DNA of 28,836 nucleotides from Candidatus Zixiibacteriota bacterium (GCA_041742355.1 JBGSIV010000225.1:1-28836), one strand, 5' to 3'. Numbered from the stretch's first letter, positions 1-9,650 are shown. Notes: a model not told the origin generated them from the letters alone. Numbers and translations: made by a program.

Positions 1-339
1 CTGACCGAGCGGGTTGACCACACGGCCGAGGAGGGCCGGGCCGACCGGGACCGAGGCCACGCGGCCGGTGCGCCGGACCGTGTCGCCTTCGTGGATTTTC
101 GTGTCGGAGCCGAAGATGGCCGCGCCGACGTTATCCTCTTCGAGGTTCAGGACTATGCCCATGATGTCGCCGGGGAATTCGATCAGCTCGGACATCTGGA
201 CATCCTCCAGACCCCAGATGCGAGCGATCCCATCGCCGACCTGGAGTACCGTTCCGACGGATTCCATCTCGAGCTTGGTCTCGTACTTCTCCAGCTCCTT
301 CTTGATTACCGATGAAACTTCTTCGGGGTTGAGACCCAT
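1..339 (-). CDS. atpA: F1Fo ATP synthase subunit alpha, 5' part (runs off the left edge)
   Basis: Not in the ORF track. Manual translation from ATG 339 gives [44 protein letters not shown]...[14 protein letters not shown]...[30 protein letters not shown], a canonical alpha N-terminus. AGGAG RBS upstream; follows atpH. Confidence 0.97.
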   Translation of the reverse strand, partial: MGLNPEEVSSVIKKELEKYETKLEMESVGTVLQVGDGIARIWGLEDVQMSELIEFPGDIMGIVLNLEEDNVGAAIFGSDTKIHEGDTVRRTGRVASVPVGPALLGRVVNPLGQ

Positions 340-460
340 CTTAGTACTCCTGTATTTCCTGTAGCTAAATTCTCACATCACATGGCAGGAACCCGGACAA
401 CCGGATGCTCTCGGCGCCATGCCTCTGTCACCGTCAGTCTGCGGACGAGGCGAATCCGAA

Positions 461-1009
461 TCAGACCACTTTCACTTTCAGCAGCTCTTCCTCGATCAGC
501 GCGAGTCCGTGGCGGACCGAGCCGTCGATGATCTCGTTGTGCATGATAACGATCATGCCGCCGATAATGGCCGGATCGATCTTCTCATCCAGCCGGATCT
601 TCAGGCCGGTCTTGGCCGCGAGGCGGGCCTTGAGGTTTTCGCGCTCCTTGTCGGACAGCGGCACGGCCGTGATAACCTTCGCGCGGCCGATACCGCGGGC
701 AGTTTCGATCCGGTCGATGAACTCATCGATGATCTCAATCAGGTACCCCACCCGGTGCTTGTTGACCAGCACGATCAGGAATTCCACATAGAGCTGGTGG
801 ATCCGGTTACAGAATACCGTGCGGACGAGTTCCTTCTTGTGCTCGTCGAGCACCTGCGGCGCGGTCAGAAAGTTGAGCAGGGTGCGGTCATGCTGCACGA
901 TCCGCTTGAGATCGGCCATCTGCTCGTAGCCGATATCGAGAATTCCCCGATCTGAAGCGGCGTCAAACAGTGCGTGTGAATATCGTTGGGCGACTTCCTG
1001 GGCTAACAT
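461..1009 (-). CDS. atpH: ATP synthase F1 subunit delta
   Basis: N-terminal VAQRYSHALF and C-terminal IDPAIIGGMIV...IIDGSV motifs; lies between atpF and atpA. Confidence 0.96.
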   Translation of the reverse strand: MLAQEVAQRYSHALFDAASDRGILDIGYEQMADLKRIVQHDRTLLNFLTAPQVLDEHKKELVRTVFCNRIHQLYVEFLIVLVNKHRVGYLIEIIDEFIDRIETARGIGRAKVITAVPLSDKERENLKARLAAKTGLKIRLDEKIDPAIIGGMIVIMHNEIIDGSVRHGLALIEEELLKVKVV

Positions 1010-1016
1010 GGCATTC

Positions 1017-1499
1017 TCAGGCTTTCTCGACGCCGTCGATGAAACGACCGATCAACTGGCGGTGTCTGGGGTCATCGAGCCGTTCCCGCAGGAGTTTCTC
1101 GGCCGCGCCAATCGTGATCGACACCATTTCCTCTTTGAGCTGGACGCGGGCTTTGGCCACCTCGCGTTCGAGGTCGTCTTTCGCCTTGTGGGCGATCTGA
1201 CGGGCCTCCTCGCGGGCCTGCGCCTTCAAGTCCTCGGCGATCTTCTTGCCTTCGGTCACGGCCTCGACCAGCTTCTGCCGGCGATCCGCCTCGATCTGCT
1301 TGAGTCTCGCCTCGTACTCCGCCGCCATCTCGGCGACTTTCACCTTCTCATCATCGATCCGCTTGAACTCGCCGACGATTTTCTCTCGCCGCTCGTCCAT
1401 CATCGCCATGAGCGGACCCCAGGCAAACCGCTTGAGGATCCACACGGTGATGAGAAAGCCAATGGCGTGCGTGATTAGTTGCGGGATCTGTAGTTCCAT
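1017..1499 (-). CDS. atpF: ATP synthase Fo subunit b
   Basis: One N-terminal TM (FLITVWILKRFAWGPLMAMMDERREKI) followed by a charged coiled coil; position in the operon. Confidence 0.96.
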   Translation of the reverse strand: MELQIPQLITHAIGFLITVWILKRFAWGPLMAMMDERREKIVGEFKRIDDEKVKVAEMAAEYEARLKQIEADRRQKLVEAVTEGKKIAEDLKAQAREEARQIAHKAKDDLEREVAKARVQLKEEMVSITIGAAEKLLRERLDDPRHRQLIGRFIDGVEKA

Positions 1500-1558
1500 T
1501 GTGTCTCACCGGTTCGGATGCCGCCCGTCACACGGGGCAGGCACCCCCTGTTGGTTAC

Positions 1559-1795
1559 TCAGCCGCCGATCTTACCCTGGAGAATGAAGAAGACCACCAG
1601 GGCGTAAATGGTGAGCGCTTCGATGAGCGCGGCGCCGATGATCATGGCAGTCTGAATCTTACCCGAGGCTTCCGGCTGACGGCCGATCGCTTCCATGGCG
1701 GAACCGACAGCACGACCAAGACCGAAAGCGGAACCGATAGCAGCGATGCCGACACCGATTGGCAGGCTGAACGCCAGAGCAGTCTGAAAATCCAT
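1559..1795 (-). CDS. atpE: ATP synthase Fo subunit c (proton type)
   Basis: 78 aa hairpin with RQPEA loop and carboxylate in ALIEALTIY; GGAGG RBS. Confidence 0.98.
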   Translation of the reverse strand: MDFQTALAFSLPIGVGIAAIGSAFGLGRAVGSAMEAIGRQPEASGKIQTAMIIGAALIEALTIYALVVFFILQGKIGG

Positions 1796-1857
1796 TGTGT
1801 CCTCCGAAATACCAGGTACTGTTTATGTTCTTTTTTCTATTCGCGTTACGTATCCCC

Positions 1858-2787
1858 TTAGTGATGCTCCTCGTGCGGCAGCATCATGAGGATATAAATG
1901 GTCGACAGGAGCGAAAACACGAGCGCCTGAATGGTCGACAGCAGAATCCCCAAGAGGATGAACGGGATGTGCAGCGGCAGACCAACCGGCGAATGTACGA
2001 ATGACAGGGCCGAGACGCCGAGGACCACGAAGGCCGCGACCAGGACATCCTCGCCCGTGATATTTCCAAATAGACGAAGCGACAGCGAGAGCGGCTTGGC
2101 CAGCTCGCCGATGATGTGCATCGGCAGCATGATCGGGACCAGCACCCAGCTGACCGTGTCACGCGGCTGCCCGGCGAGGTGATCGAGATAGCCGCCGACG
2201 CCGAGGCGCCGGATGCCCGTCCACTGGGCGTAGAGAAATACCAGGATCGCCATCGAGGCGGTGATGTTGATATTGGTCGAGGGGGAGTGACCCAGCGGTA
2301 TAATGCCCAGGAAGTTAAGCGCCAGAATGTAGAAGAAGAGGGTGCCCAAAAACGGCAGGTAGGTCCGGGCATGATTGCCGAGGATCGTCTGCAGGAAGTT
2401 GTAGGCCCCCTCAACGAGGATTTCCATGAAATTCTGCAGGCGGCCCGGTATCATCTGGCGCTTGCTGTAGACATAGATCGCGACGATTGTGAAAAAAATC
2501 GCAACTAGGAACGCAAAAATCGGATTGATCCAGAGTTCCAGGAAGTGTGCTGTGTCGGTGTCGGCTCCGATCCAGTAGCGGACATACGTCAGCAGGCTCG
2601 GCAGGTGGGGCGGCCCGCTGTGCTCGGCATGCGCACCGTGTTCGGTCGTCCCCACGGCATGCCCCGCTTCGGCGGCCGCGGAGGAATCGTAGTGAACGCC
2701 CGCGTCCTGTTCCGCGACCGCGACCGAGATGTACGGCATCAGCTTGGTGGCCACTCCGGCCAAGAGGTAACTGTAGTACGAGAGCAT
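1858..2787 (-). CDS. atpB: ATP synthase Fo subunit a, with His-rich N-terminal extension
   Basis: PGRLQNFME, PTSNIN-like SPSTNIN, LSLSLRLFGNI (essential Arg) and IQALVF motifs. ATG overlaps the atpI stop (TGATG). Confidence 0.97.
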   Translation of the reverse strand: MLSYYSYLLAGVATKLMPYISVAVAEQDAGVHYDSSAAAEAGHAVGTTEHGAHAEHSGPPHLPSLLTYVRYWIGADTDTAHFLELWINPIFAFLVAIFFTIVAIYVYSKRQMIPGRLQNFMEILVEGAYNFLQTILGNHARTYLPFLGTLFFYILALNFLGIIPLGHSPSTNINITASMAILVFLYAQWTGIRRLGVGGYLDHLAGQPRDTVSWVLVPIMLPMHIIGELAKPLSLSLRLFGNITGEDVLVAAFVVLGVSALSFVHSPVGLPLHIPFILLGILLSTIQALVFSLLSTIYILMMLPHEEHH

Positions 2788-3203
2788 CAGAGAGCCCCTT
2801 GCAGATTCTTGTGTTCACTCGATTTGGAGTCGGCGTTGATGAGCACGCGGCCGCCGACTTTAAGGACAATCACCAGGAGCGGAAGGGTGAACCCGACCAA
2901 CAGCGGGATGGGGCCGAACAGGCCCGAAGCCAGGAGCGCGTAACCCGCGGCATAGAGCAACGGAAACTTGACCAGAAGGAGCACCGCGGCGGCGACCCGG
3001 TCAGGGCCTTCCGACCGAACGATCGCTTTCACCAGGACCTTCAGAAAATACAGATTGATGATACTCCAGATCCCGCCGCTAAGCACCCCGAGGGTGGGGT
3101 ACAGGCCCCAATAGTACAGGCCGAACGGCAGAAAGATCAGGAGCAGAACGCCCGTCGTTGAAAGCGTCCGTGCGATGAAGTCAAGTTCCAGAGCGTTTGT
3201 CAT
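2787..3203 (-). CDS. atpI: ATP synthase protein I (4-TM)
   Basis: Four hydrophobic segments, directly upstream of atpB. Start is ATG 3203 or GTG 3215. Confidence 0.8.
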   Translation of the reverse strand: MTNALELDFIARTLSTTGVLLLIFLPFGLYYWGLYPTLGVLSGGIWSIINLYFLKVLVKAIVRSEGPDRVAAAVLLLVKFPLLYAAGYALLASGLFGPIPLLVGFTLPLLVIVLKVGGRVLINADSKSSEHKNLQGAL

Positions 3204-3447
3204 CTTTGTCTTCACTCATGGCTGCTGATTTTTTGGCGAGATTGTAGACCTCTAAACCCGCCGATCCCAAACCCAGCAGCACACCGGCAATGAGCAGATA
3301 CGGTTCTGTTCCGAACTTCTTGTCCAGCCAGCTCCCCAGAAAGAAACCGATCAAAGGCGCCGCCAGAAGGATAGCTGGAATTGCTGCCAGAAGGCCGATC
3401 TGTCGGTAGTCAGAGTCCTGGCCTGACTTCGGCTTAAGCAGCGACAT
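3181..3447 (-). CDS. AtpZ/AtpI-family small membrane protein
   Basis: IGFFLGSWLDKKFGTEPYLLIAGVLLG matches the GxxLDxxFGTxP family motif; first gene of the atp operon. Confidence 0.88.
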   Translation of the reverse strand: MSLLKPKSGQDSDYRQIGLLAAIPAILLAAPLIGFFLGSWLDKKFGTEPYLLIAGVLLGLGSAGLEVYNLAKKSAAMSEDKDDKRSGT

Positions 3448-3482
3448 AACTGCGTACTACCTGCATCTCACATTAAGGTGCC

Positions 3483-3510
3483 AATATATCTGCGCGCCTG
3501 TGGGTGTCAA
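3483..3510 (-). promoter_or_regulatory. sigma70-like promoter of the atp operon
   Basis: Minus strand TTGACA (3505-3510), 16-nt spacer, TATATT (3483-3488). An A-tract (AAAAAATAAG) just upstream resembles an UP element. Confidence 0.7.
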
Positions 3511-3657
3511 CTTATTTTTTCCGTATTCATCTGTCGTTTGCCGTTGTCTTTCGCATCCAGGGATCGCAGAACCGGTTAATGCTCGACAAGTTAATTGGAT
3601 TCAATGCAGATCGGCGAAGGCAACTATTCGTCGCGTAATCGATCCATTCTACCGGAG

Positions 3658-3693
3658 TAAAAACGCCGGCTGCGGGGGTTTGTTCCCCGCCAG
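3658..3693 (-). terminator. possible intrinsic terminator after DUF420
   Basis: GCGGGG/CCCCGC stem (3672-3690) 17 nt after the DUF420 stop. TTTTT follows on the minus strand after a short spacer, so the geometry is imperfect. Confidence 0.4.
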
Positions 3694-3706
3694 TTTGAGA
3701 ATTGTT

Positions 3707-4123
3707 TCACGAAAGGCCATAGAGCATTACGTAAATCACCACCCCGGTCACTGACACAAAGAGCCATACGGGCCAGACCCACCGGGTCAGCCGCGTGTGT
3801 TTGCGGAAGTTCCCCCGGAAGGCATGCCAGACTGCCAGGAAGATAAACGGGACCATCCCGCCGGCCAGAATCACATGGGGAACGAGGATGGCGAAGTAGA
3901 GGGGGCGCGTCCAATCGTGGCGCGGGTACGGAACCGAACCGACCTCGGCATGATAAATGAGGTAGCTGACCAGAAAGGCCGCCGAGGTGGCCAGCGCTCC
4001 CAGCATGATCTTCTTGTGCAAGTCCTGATGGCCGCGCCGTATGGCCCGGTATCCGGCCAGCAGCAGCAGGGCCGCGACACTATTCAGGGCCGCGTTCAGA
4101 GACGGAAGGTCGGTGACTGTCAT
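3707..4123 (-). CDS. DUF420 (YozB/CtaM-like) membrane protein, oxidase-associated
   Basis: LPSLNAALN, HKKIM, FLVSYLIYH, YFAILVPHVILA and H..L.RW.WP.WLFVSVTGVVIY motifs typical of DUF420. Confidence 0.9.
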   Translation of the reverse strand: MTVTDLPSLNAALNSVAALLLLAGYRAIRRGHQDLHKKIMLGALATSAAFLVSYLIYHAEVGSVPYPRHDWTRPLYFAILVPHVILAGGMVPFIFLAVWHAFRGNFRKHTRLTRWVWPVWLFVSVTGVVIYVMLYGLS

Positions 4124-4707
4124 TCTCTGTCCCGGCGGAGCGTCTGCAGATGGCTCCGGAGCACGTTGACGCTGGCCTCCTCGATGCCCGAGTAGAAGGC
4201 CCGGATGTTGTTATCCCGGTCCACCAGGATAAACCGGGTGCTGTGCGCCCCGGGAAGGTCATCGGCTGCAATCTTGAAGTAGTCTTCGCTGATATGTACG
4301 ATGCTGTCAAGCGGGCCGGTCAAGAACACCCAGCGCCGGTCATCGACGCCGAATCCGGCGGCATACTCGGCCAGTTTCGCCACGGTGTCGACGGTCGGAT
4401 CGACCGTGATGGACACGAGCTGAATGTCCTCGACGCCGTCGTAGGCCCGGTACAGCTCGGAGAAATAGCCGTTCATGATCGGGCACGGCCCCCGGCAGCT
4501 GGTAAACATGAATTCGACAACACTCAGCTTGCCACGCATGTCCTCATTGGTAAAGGGCTGACCGTACTGATCGGTCAGCGTGAAATCCCCCACTGTGCCA
4601 AGCAAGGGGAGGTCCGATCGCGACCGTTCGGCCTGGACCAGAACCAGGAAGGCAACGGATCCGAGGATCACAGCCAGTACGAGGAGTGTGACAATAACTT
4701 TGCTCAC
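4120..4707 (-). CDS. SCO1/SenC copper chaperone, copy 2
   Basis: FMFTSCRGPCP (CxxxC), SITVDP..DT and HSTRFILVD. Real start is probably GTG 4707 (GTGA overlap with the ctaA stop, GGAG RBS); the ORF-track extension to 5025 lies inside ctaA. Confidence 0.92.
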   Translation of the reverse strand: MSKVIVTLLVLAVILGSVAFLVLVQAERSRSDLPLLGTVGDFTLTDQYGQPFTNEDMRGKLSVVEFMFTSCRGPCPIMNGYFSELYRAYDGVEDIQLVSITVDPTVDTVAKLAEYAAGFGVDDRRWVFLTGPLDSIVHISEDYFKIAADDLPGAHSTRFILVDRDNNIRAFYSGIEEASVNVLRSHLQTLRRDRE

Positions 4708-5654
4708 GCACCTATCTCCACTTGGAGGGGTTGACGCGCCCGGCGGGACGAGGCGAACACGATGAGCAGCGCCCCGACATAGAGGCTGGCGATCCAGAGG
4801 TGGAACACCTGCACCATCGGGCGGATATCGACAAAGATGAAGACCAGTCCGGTAATCAACTGCAGTCCAACCAGGATCATGCTTGCGCCGACCGCCTGGC
4901 GCACCAACGGGGTCATGTGCTCGGCGCCGCGACTGATGCGGCGGCCGATCCAGAAGGTCAGCACCGCCAGCAGGACGCCGAATGTCAGGTGCACGTGGCT
5001 CACTCCGCCGATCTTCATGATCCACTGGGCGGCCGTCAGGGCCGGATACTCGTCGCGCATGATTTCAATTCCCTCGCGCAACTGCGTGCCGAGCATCACC
5101 TGGATTATCGCAATCCCCCAGAGCACTGTTACCCACCGGGCTGAGCCGAGGGGCAGGTAGTTGTCGCCCGCTTCGGCCGGGTGCGATTCGTAGTATGCCT
5201 GCAGGGTCACCCAGAGGAGGAGGCTCACGATAATGAGCGCCAGCACGCTGTGGACGGTCACCACGAACGGGGCCAGTTCGGATGAAATGACCACGCTGCC
5301 CTGCCATCCCTGGAAAGCGGTTAGCAGTCCGGCCCCCACCGCCGGCCAGAAAATTCGCGGTGTGCGCCGGGCATACATGAGCGCCAGCACGGCGGTCGCG
5401 GCGATGAGCAGGCCGACGATCACTCCGGAGAGGCGATTGAGGTACTCGATCCAGGCCAGGGTCATGTTGAACCGGCTGGGGTCGATGTCGGGCGGGAGCT
5501 GGCTGATGTCAGTAGGGGGAATCCACCGGCCGAAGCACGTCGGCCAATCGGGGCAGCCCAGTCCCGCGCCGGAGACGCGGACAAGCCCGCCGATAAAAAT
5601 CAGGACGTATGTGGCAATTGTCGAGATCAGCGCCATGCGCCAGAGGGATTTCAT
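4704..5654 (-). CDS. ctaA: heme A synthase (COX15/CtaA, type 1 with Cys pair)
   Basis: GGLVRVSGAGLGCPDWPTC; WIEYLNR; His in VTVHSV, HVHLTF and VFHLW; about 8 TMs. AAGGAG RBS favours ATG 5654. Confidence 0.92.
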   Translation of the reverse strand: MKSLWRMALISTIATYVLIFIGGLVRVSGAGLGCPDWPTCFGRWIPPTDISQLPPDIDPSRFNMTLAWIEYLNRLSGVIVGLLIAATAVLALMYARRTPRIFWPAVGAGLLTAFQGWQGSVVISSELAPFVVTVHSVLALIIVSLLLWVTLQAYYESHPAEAGDNYLPLGSARWVTVLWGIAIIQVMLGTQLREGIEIMRDEYPALTAAQWIMKIGGVSHVHLTFGVLLAVLTFWIGRRISRGAEHMTPLVRQAVGASMILVGLQLITGLVFIFVDIRPMVQVFHLWIASLYVGALLIVFASSRRARQPLQVEIGA

Positions 5655-5761
5655 ATGACCCAACGCTCCTTCATGGTGTGGGGAGGCCGATCATGTCGAC
5701 ACCCCTCCATGATGGTACCTAACGACCGTTGCCGGCGCAAGCACTTCCTGCGAATTGGTGC

Positions 5762-6328
5762 TTACAGCGAGTCCGGTGCGGTCTGCGGCTGCGTCGTGTC
5801 GGCGGGCGCCACATCGACGGGTACCGAGTCGCTCCCCCGGACATCGGGAACGGCGGTCGTGTCGATTGTCGGCTCCTCCCCCAACTGCCGCGTCGGATTG
5901 GCGGTCGCGGCCGTATCGGTGAGCGCCGTTGTATCCATGCCGAGACCAACTCCTTCGGGCCTGTTCTGATAGATGATCGCGCGCGGATCGATCGGCCGCG
6001 CTTTCATGGGATCGACATTGCCGCGGGTCATCGTATCGGACATCGTGAAGATGATGAAAATTGCCAGAAACACGATGGAAGTGACGAAGATCAGCATGTA
6101 CACCTTGTTGTCATATTTCAGGTGCATGAAGATCAGCGCGACAAGGGTCGCTTTGACCGCGGCCACCACCATCGCCACGATGAGGTTGAATGCTCCGAAG
6201 TGAAACTTCGCGATGATCACGGTCACCGCTGTCAGAAGCAGCAGCGCCGCGAAAACACCGAAGTAGACACGCAGCGGAAGGACATGTTCCGCGTGTTCGT
6301 GCGTATGTGCATGCGTCGAATTCGCCAT
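5762..6328 (-). CDS. ctaF: cytochrome c oxidase subunit IV (caa3 type) with long C-terminal tail
   Basis: YFGVFAALLLLTAVTV and KATLVALIFMHLKYD motifs, three TMs, then an ~88-aa polar extension. Confidence 0.92.
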   Translation of the reverse strand: MANSTHAHTHEHAEHVLPLRVYFGVFAALLLLTAVTVIIAKFHFGAFNLIVAMVVAAVKATLVALIFMHLKYDNKVYMLIFVTSIVFLAIFIIFTMSDTMTRGNVDPMKARPIDPRAIIYQNRPEGVGLGMDTTALTDTAATANPTRQLGEEPTIDTTAVPDVRGSDSVPVDVAPADTTQPQTAPDSL

Positions 6329-6334
6329 GGCCGA

Positions 6335-7036
6335 TTACCCCACCAGATAGAAGAGCGGAAAGAGGAAGATCCAGATCAGGTCGACGAGGTGCCAGTAGAG
6401 GCCGGTCAGTTCCACCGGCGTGTAGTACTCGGATGAGAAATGCCCTTTGATGGTCCGGATGAGCACCCAGGTGATGATCCCGATACCGACGAGCACGTGA
6501 ATGCCGTGCAGGCCGGTCATCAGGAAGTACACGCTGAAGAAGACGTGGGGGTTGGTTCCCTCCATGCCCTCGAACGTGTAGAACTTGCCGGGGAGCTGCC
6601 CCTCGTGGATCTTGTGCATGTATTCGAAGTACTTAATGACCATAAACGTGCCGGCGAACGCGATGGTCGCAGCGAGGTTGATCACCGCCAGCTTGATCTT
6701 GTTCACCTGCAGGAAACGGATCGCCAAAGCCACCGTGAGCGAGCTGGTGATCAGCACGATCGTGTTGATGGTGCCCAGGGTGACATCAAGGAAGGCGTGG
6801 CCGTTATGGAAAATCTCCGGGTTCCAGGCCCGGTAAACGGCATACGCGCAGAACAACCCGCCGAAGAGCAGTACCTCGGTCAGGAGGAATATCCACATTC
6901 CCATCTTGGCCGAGTCTTTCTGCTGGGCCATGTCACTGAAGTGGTGGGCGAGATTGGCCGGGTGATGGTGCGGGGCGGCGTGAGCGCCCGCCTGCTCCTG
7001 ACCCGTCTCGTCTGCGAATTCTTTAGCCTGGCTCAT
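6335..7036 (-). CDS. ctaE: cytochrome c oxidase subunit III
   Basis: [26 protein letters not shown] and [16 protein letters not shown]. Real start is ATG 7036 (ATGA overlap with the subunit I stop). Confidence 0.96.
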   Translation of the reverse strand: MSQAKEFADETGQEQAGAHAAPHHHPANLAHHFSDMAQQKDSAKMGMWIFLLTEVLLFGGLFCAYAVYRAWNPEIFHNGHAFLDVTLGTINTIVLITSSLTVALAIRFLQVNKIKLAVINLAATIAFAGTFMVIKYFEYMHKIHEGQLPGKFYTFEGMEGTNPHVFFSVYFLMTGLHGIHVLVGIGIITWVLIRTIKGHFSSEYYTPVELTGLYWHLVDLIWIFLFPLFYLVG

Positions 7037-8688
7037 GATACCGCCTCTTTCAGCTTGGCCGGTTTGCCGTCCGGTTCCACGTTGATCGGGAGGACTTTGT
7101 CGTAGTCGTACGGGCCGTGGGTCAGAGACGGCAGCTCGATGAAGTTCTCGGTCGGCGGCGGCGACGACGTCTCCCACTCCATCGTCAACGAGTACCACGG
7201 GTTGCTGCCCGCGCGCTTTCCTTTGACGAGCGAGTGAATCAGGTACACGGCCATAATGAGGAAGCCCGCGCCGAGGATCCACGACCCGAAGGTCGAGAAG
7301 GCGTGCAGCGGCTGGTACTGATCGACATACGTGTAGTAGCGGCGGGGCATTCCCTGCGACCCCAGGATGAACTGGCTGCCGAAAGTCACGTTGAAGCCGA
7401 CGAAGATCAATCCGCAGGCGATTTTGGCCCAGAACTCGTTGTACAGCTTGCCGAACATCTTCGGCCACCAGTGGTGGATGCCGCCGAGGAACGCCATCAC
7501 TGTCCCCCCCATCATCACGTAGTGGAAGTGGGCGACGATGAAATAGGTGTCGTGCAGGTGAACATCGACCGCAAGCGCCCCAAGGAATATTCCGGTGAAC
7601 CCGCCAATACTGAACAGGAAGAGGAACGAGAGGGCATAGAGCATGGGGGTGTTCAAAACGATCGAGCCGCGGTACATGGTGGTCACCCAGTTGAAGACCT
7701 TGATGCCGGAGGGAATCCCTACGAAGAAGGTCAGAAACGAGAACAGCATGGCGGCCAATTCCGACTGGCCGCTGACGAACATGTGATGGCCCCACACCAG
7801 GAAGCTGACGAGGGCGATGCCGAGGCTCGAGTAGGCTACCGCCTTGTAGCCGAAGATCTTTTTGTGCGAGTGGGTCGTGATCAGTTCGCTGATAATCCCC
7901 ATTCCCGGCAGGATCATGATGTACACGGCGGGGTGGGAATAGAACCAGAAGAAGTGCTGGTAGAGCACCGGGTCGCCTCCCATGGCCGGATCGAAAATGC
8001 CGATACCGGCGAGGCGCTCGACCACAAGCAGCAGCAGGGTGATCCCGAGCACCGGGGTAGCCAGCACCTGGATGATGGCCGTGGCGTAGATCGACCAGAC
8101 GAACAGCGGCAGCCGGTACCAGGTGATCCCGGGCAGACGCAGCTTGTGAATCGTCACGATGAAGTTCAGCCCAGTCAGGATCGATGAGAACCCGAGAATA
8201 AATGCCCCGAGGGTCATTGATACAACGGACGTGTCTGTCTGCGTGCTGTAGGGAGTATAGAACGTCCAGCCGGTATCGATGCTGCCGGTGATGATCGAGT
8301 AGAGGGCAAACAGCCCGCCGAGCATAAAGATGTACCAGCTGGCGAGGTTGAGTCGCGGGAAGGCGACATCACGGGCGCCCAGCAGAATCGGCAGCAGGAA
8401 ATTGCCGAGGATCGCCGGGATTCCCGGGATGATGAACAGGAAGATCATGATCGCGCCGTGGAGTGTGAACAGCTTGTTGTACGTGTTGGCGCCGACCAGA
8501 TCCCGCCCCGGATTCAACAGCTCCAGGCGGATCAGCATCGCCATGACGCCGCCGACCAGGAAGAACACAGCGATCGCCACCATATAGAGGATGGCAATCC
8601 GCTTGTGATCCAGGGTTAGCAGCCAGGATTTCCACCCTTTTGTGGCGTTCAGGTAGTTTGGCGCGGGTGCGGTAATTGTAGCAGCCAT
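7033..8688 (-). CDS. ctaD: cytochrome c oxidase subunit I, family A2
   Basis: DHKRI, TLHG (heme a ligand), DVAFPRLN (D-channel), [10 protein letters not shown] (A2 YS motif), WGHH (CuB), GIKVFNW (K-channel), [12 protein letters not shown] and GMPRRY. Start is ATG 8688 or GTG 8697. Confidence 0.98.
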   Translation of the reverse strand: MAATITAPAPNYLNATKGWKSWLLTLDHKRIAILYMVAIAVFFLVGGVMAMLIRLELLNPGRDLVGANTYNKLFTLHGAIMIFLFIIPGIPAILGNFLLPILLGARDVAFPRLNLASWYIFMLGGLFALYSIITGSIDTGWTFYTPYSTQTDTSVVSMTLGAFILGFSSILTGLNFIVTIHKLRLPGITWYRLPLFVWSIYATAIIQVLATPVLGITLLLLVVERLAGIGIFDPAMGGDPVLYQHFFWFYSHPAVYIMILPGMGIISELITTHSHKKIFGYKAVAYSSLGIALVSFLVWGHHMFVSGQSELAAMLFSFLTFFVGIPSGIKVFNWVTTMYRGSIVLNTPMLYALSFLFLFSIGGFTGIFLGALAVDVHLHDTYFIVAHFHYVMMGGTVMAFLGGIHHWWPKMFGKLYNEFWAKIACGLIFVGFNVTFGSQFILGSQGMPRRYYTYVDQYQPLHAFSTFGSWILGAGFLIMAVYLIHSLVKGKRAGSNPWYSLTMEWETSSPPPTENFIELPSLTHGPYDYDKVLPINVEPDGKPAKLKEAVS

Positions 8689-8693
8689 AATCG

Positions 8694-9641
8694 TCACTCG
8701 TTACTTAGGGACTTCATAAAGGCAATAAGCGCATCTATGTCCCGGTCCTTGAGAATGCCCTGGTACGTGGGCATGACCGGCTGGTATCCAGCCACGACTT
8801 TTGCCTGCGGCTGGAGGATCGATTCCCGGATGTAGTTCTCGTCGACCGTGATAAACCCGCCGGCGACCATCGCTTCCTGGCGGCCAAAAATTCCCTTGAA
8901 CGTCGGGCCGACATTGGCCGAGCCGTCAATCGAGTGGCAGGTGTTGCAGGCACGGCTGGTGTATAGGCGGCGGCCGTAGTCGACCAGCGATTCACCCTGC
9001 CCCGGACCCGAGCCGGCGTCGAGCCACTCGGAAAATTCCCGTTCGCCGAGTACTTTGACCCGACCGATCATTTCTGAGTGTCCCTGCCCGCAATACTCGG
9101 TGCAGAACAGGTCGAACTCCCCGGTGCGCGTGGCCTCGAACCACGTGATCGTATAGCGGTTGGGCAGGACGTCCATCTTCATCCGGAAGTTCGGGATGAA
9201 GAAGCTGTGGATGACATCCCGCGACGACATGAGCAGCTTGACCGGCTGCCCGACCGGCACCACCAGTTCGTTGACACTGCTGGCGCCGGAGCCGTAGGCG
9301 AACGACCAGAACCACTTCTGCCCTGTGACCTTCACTTCCATCGCGTCGCGCGGCACGACGTTCATACGCATGTAGGAGCGGAAGCCCCAGACGAACACGA
9401 TGAGGATCAGGATCGTCGGGATGACGGTCCAGGTCACCTCGAGGGCGAAATTGTGATCCTTGCCGTAGGTCTTCCCCGTCTGCTGCCGCCGGCGATAGCG
9501 GATGATGAAGAAGATCGTCGCGCCGATGACCAGCGCGAACATAATCGCCGAGGCGTAGTAGATGAAGTAGAACAGACTGTCGACATCGCCGGCATAGGTC
9601 GATCCCCCCGGCGGAAAGAACAAGGTACCGGTTGTATCCAT
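8694..9641 (-). CDS. ctaC: cytochrome c oxidase subunit II with fused cytochrome c (caa3)
   Basis: LEVTWTVIP; CuA ligands DVIHSF and [13 protein letters not shown]-terminal CNTCH heme c with MP distal ligand. Confidence 0.97.
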   Translation of the reverse strand: MDTTGTLFFPPGGSTYAGDVDSLFYFIYYASAIMFALVIGATIFFIIRYRRRQQTGKTYGKDHNFALEVTWTVIPTILILIVFVWGFRSYMRMNVVPRDAMEVKVTGQKWFWSFAYGSGASSVNELVVPVGQPVKLLMSSRDVIHSFFIPNFRMKMDVLPNRYTITWFEATRTGEFDLFCTEYCGQGHSEMIGRVKVLGEREFSEWLDAGSGPGQGESLVDYGRRLYTSRACNTCHSIDGSANVGPTFKGIFGRQEAMVAGGFITVDENYIRESILQPQAKVVAGYQPVMPTYQGILKDRDIDALIAFMKSLSNE

Positions 9642-9650
9642 CTTCGACTC

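Noticed and set aside
1..3447. Possible Na+-translocating N-ATPase
   Set aside because: Gene order is the standard I-B-E-F-H-A, a delta subunit is present, and subunit c lacks Na+ ligands.
7037..7795. Apparent 253-aa N-terminal extension on oxidase subunit III (also extensions on SCO2, ActF, ActB, CtaB and the 25335-26780 ORF)
   Set aside because: They overlap upstream genes in another frame or contain promoters. Downstream starts with RBS or stop-start overlaps fit better, so these are not fusions.
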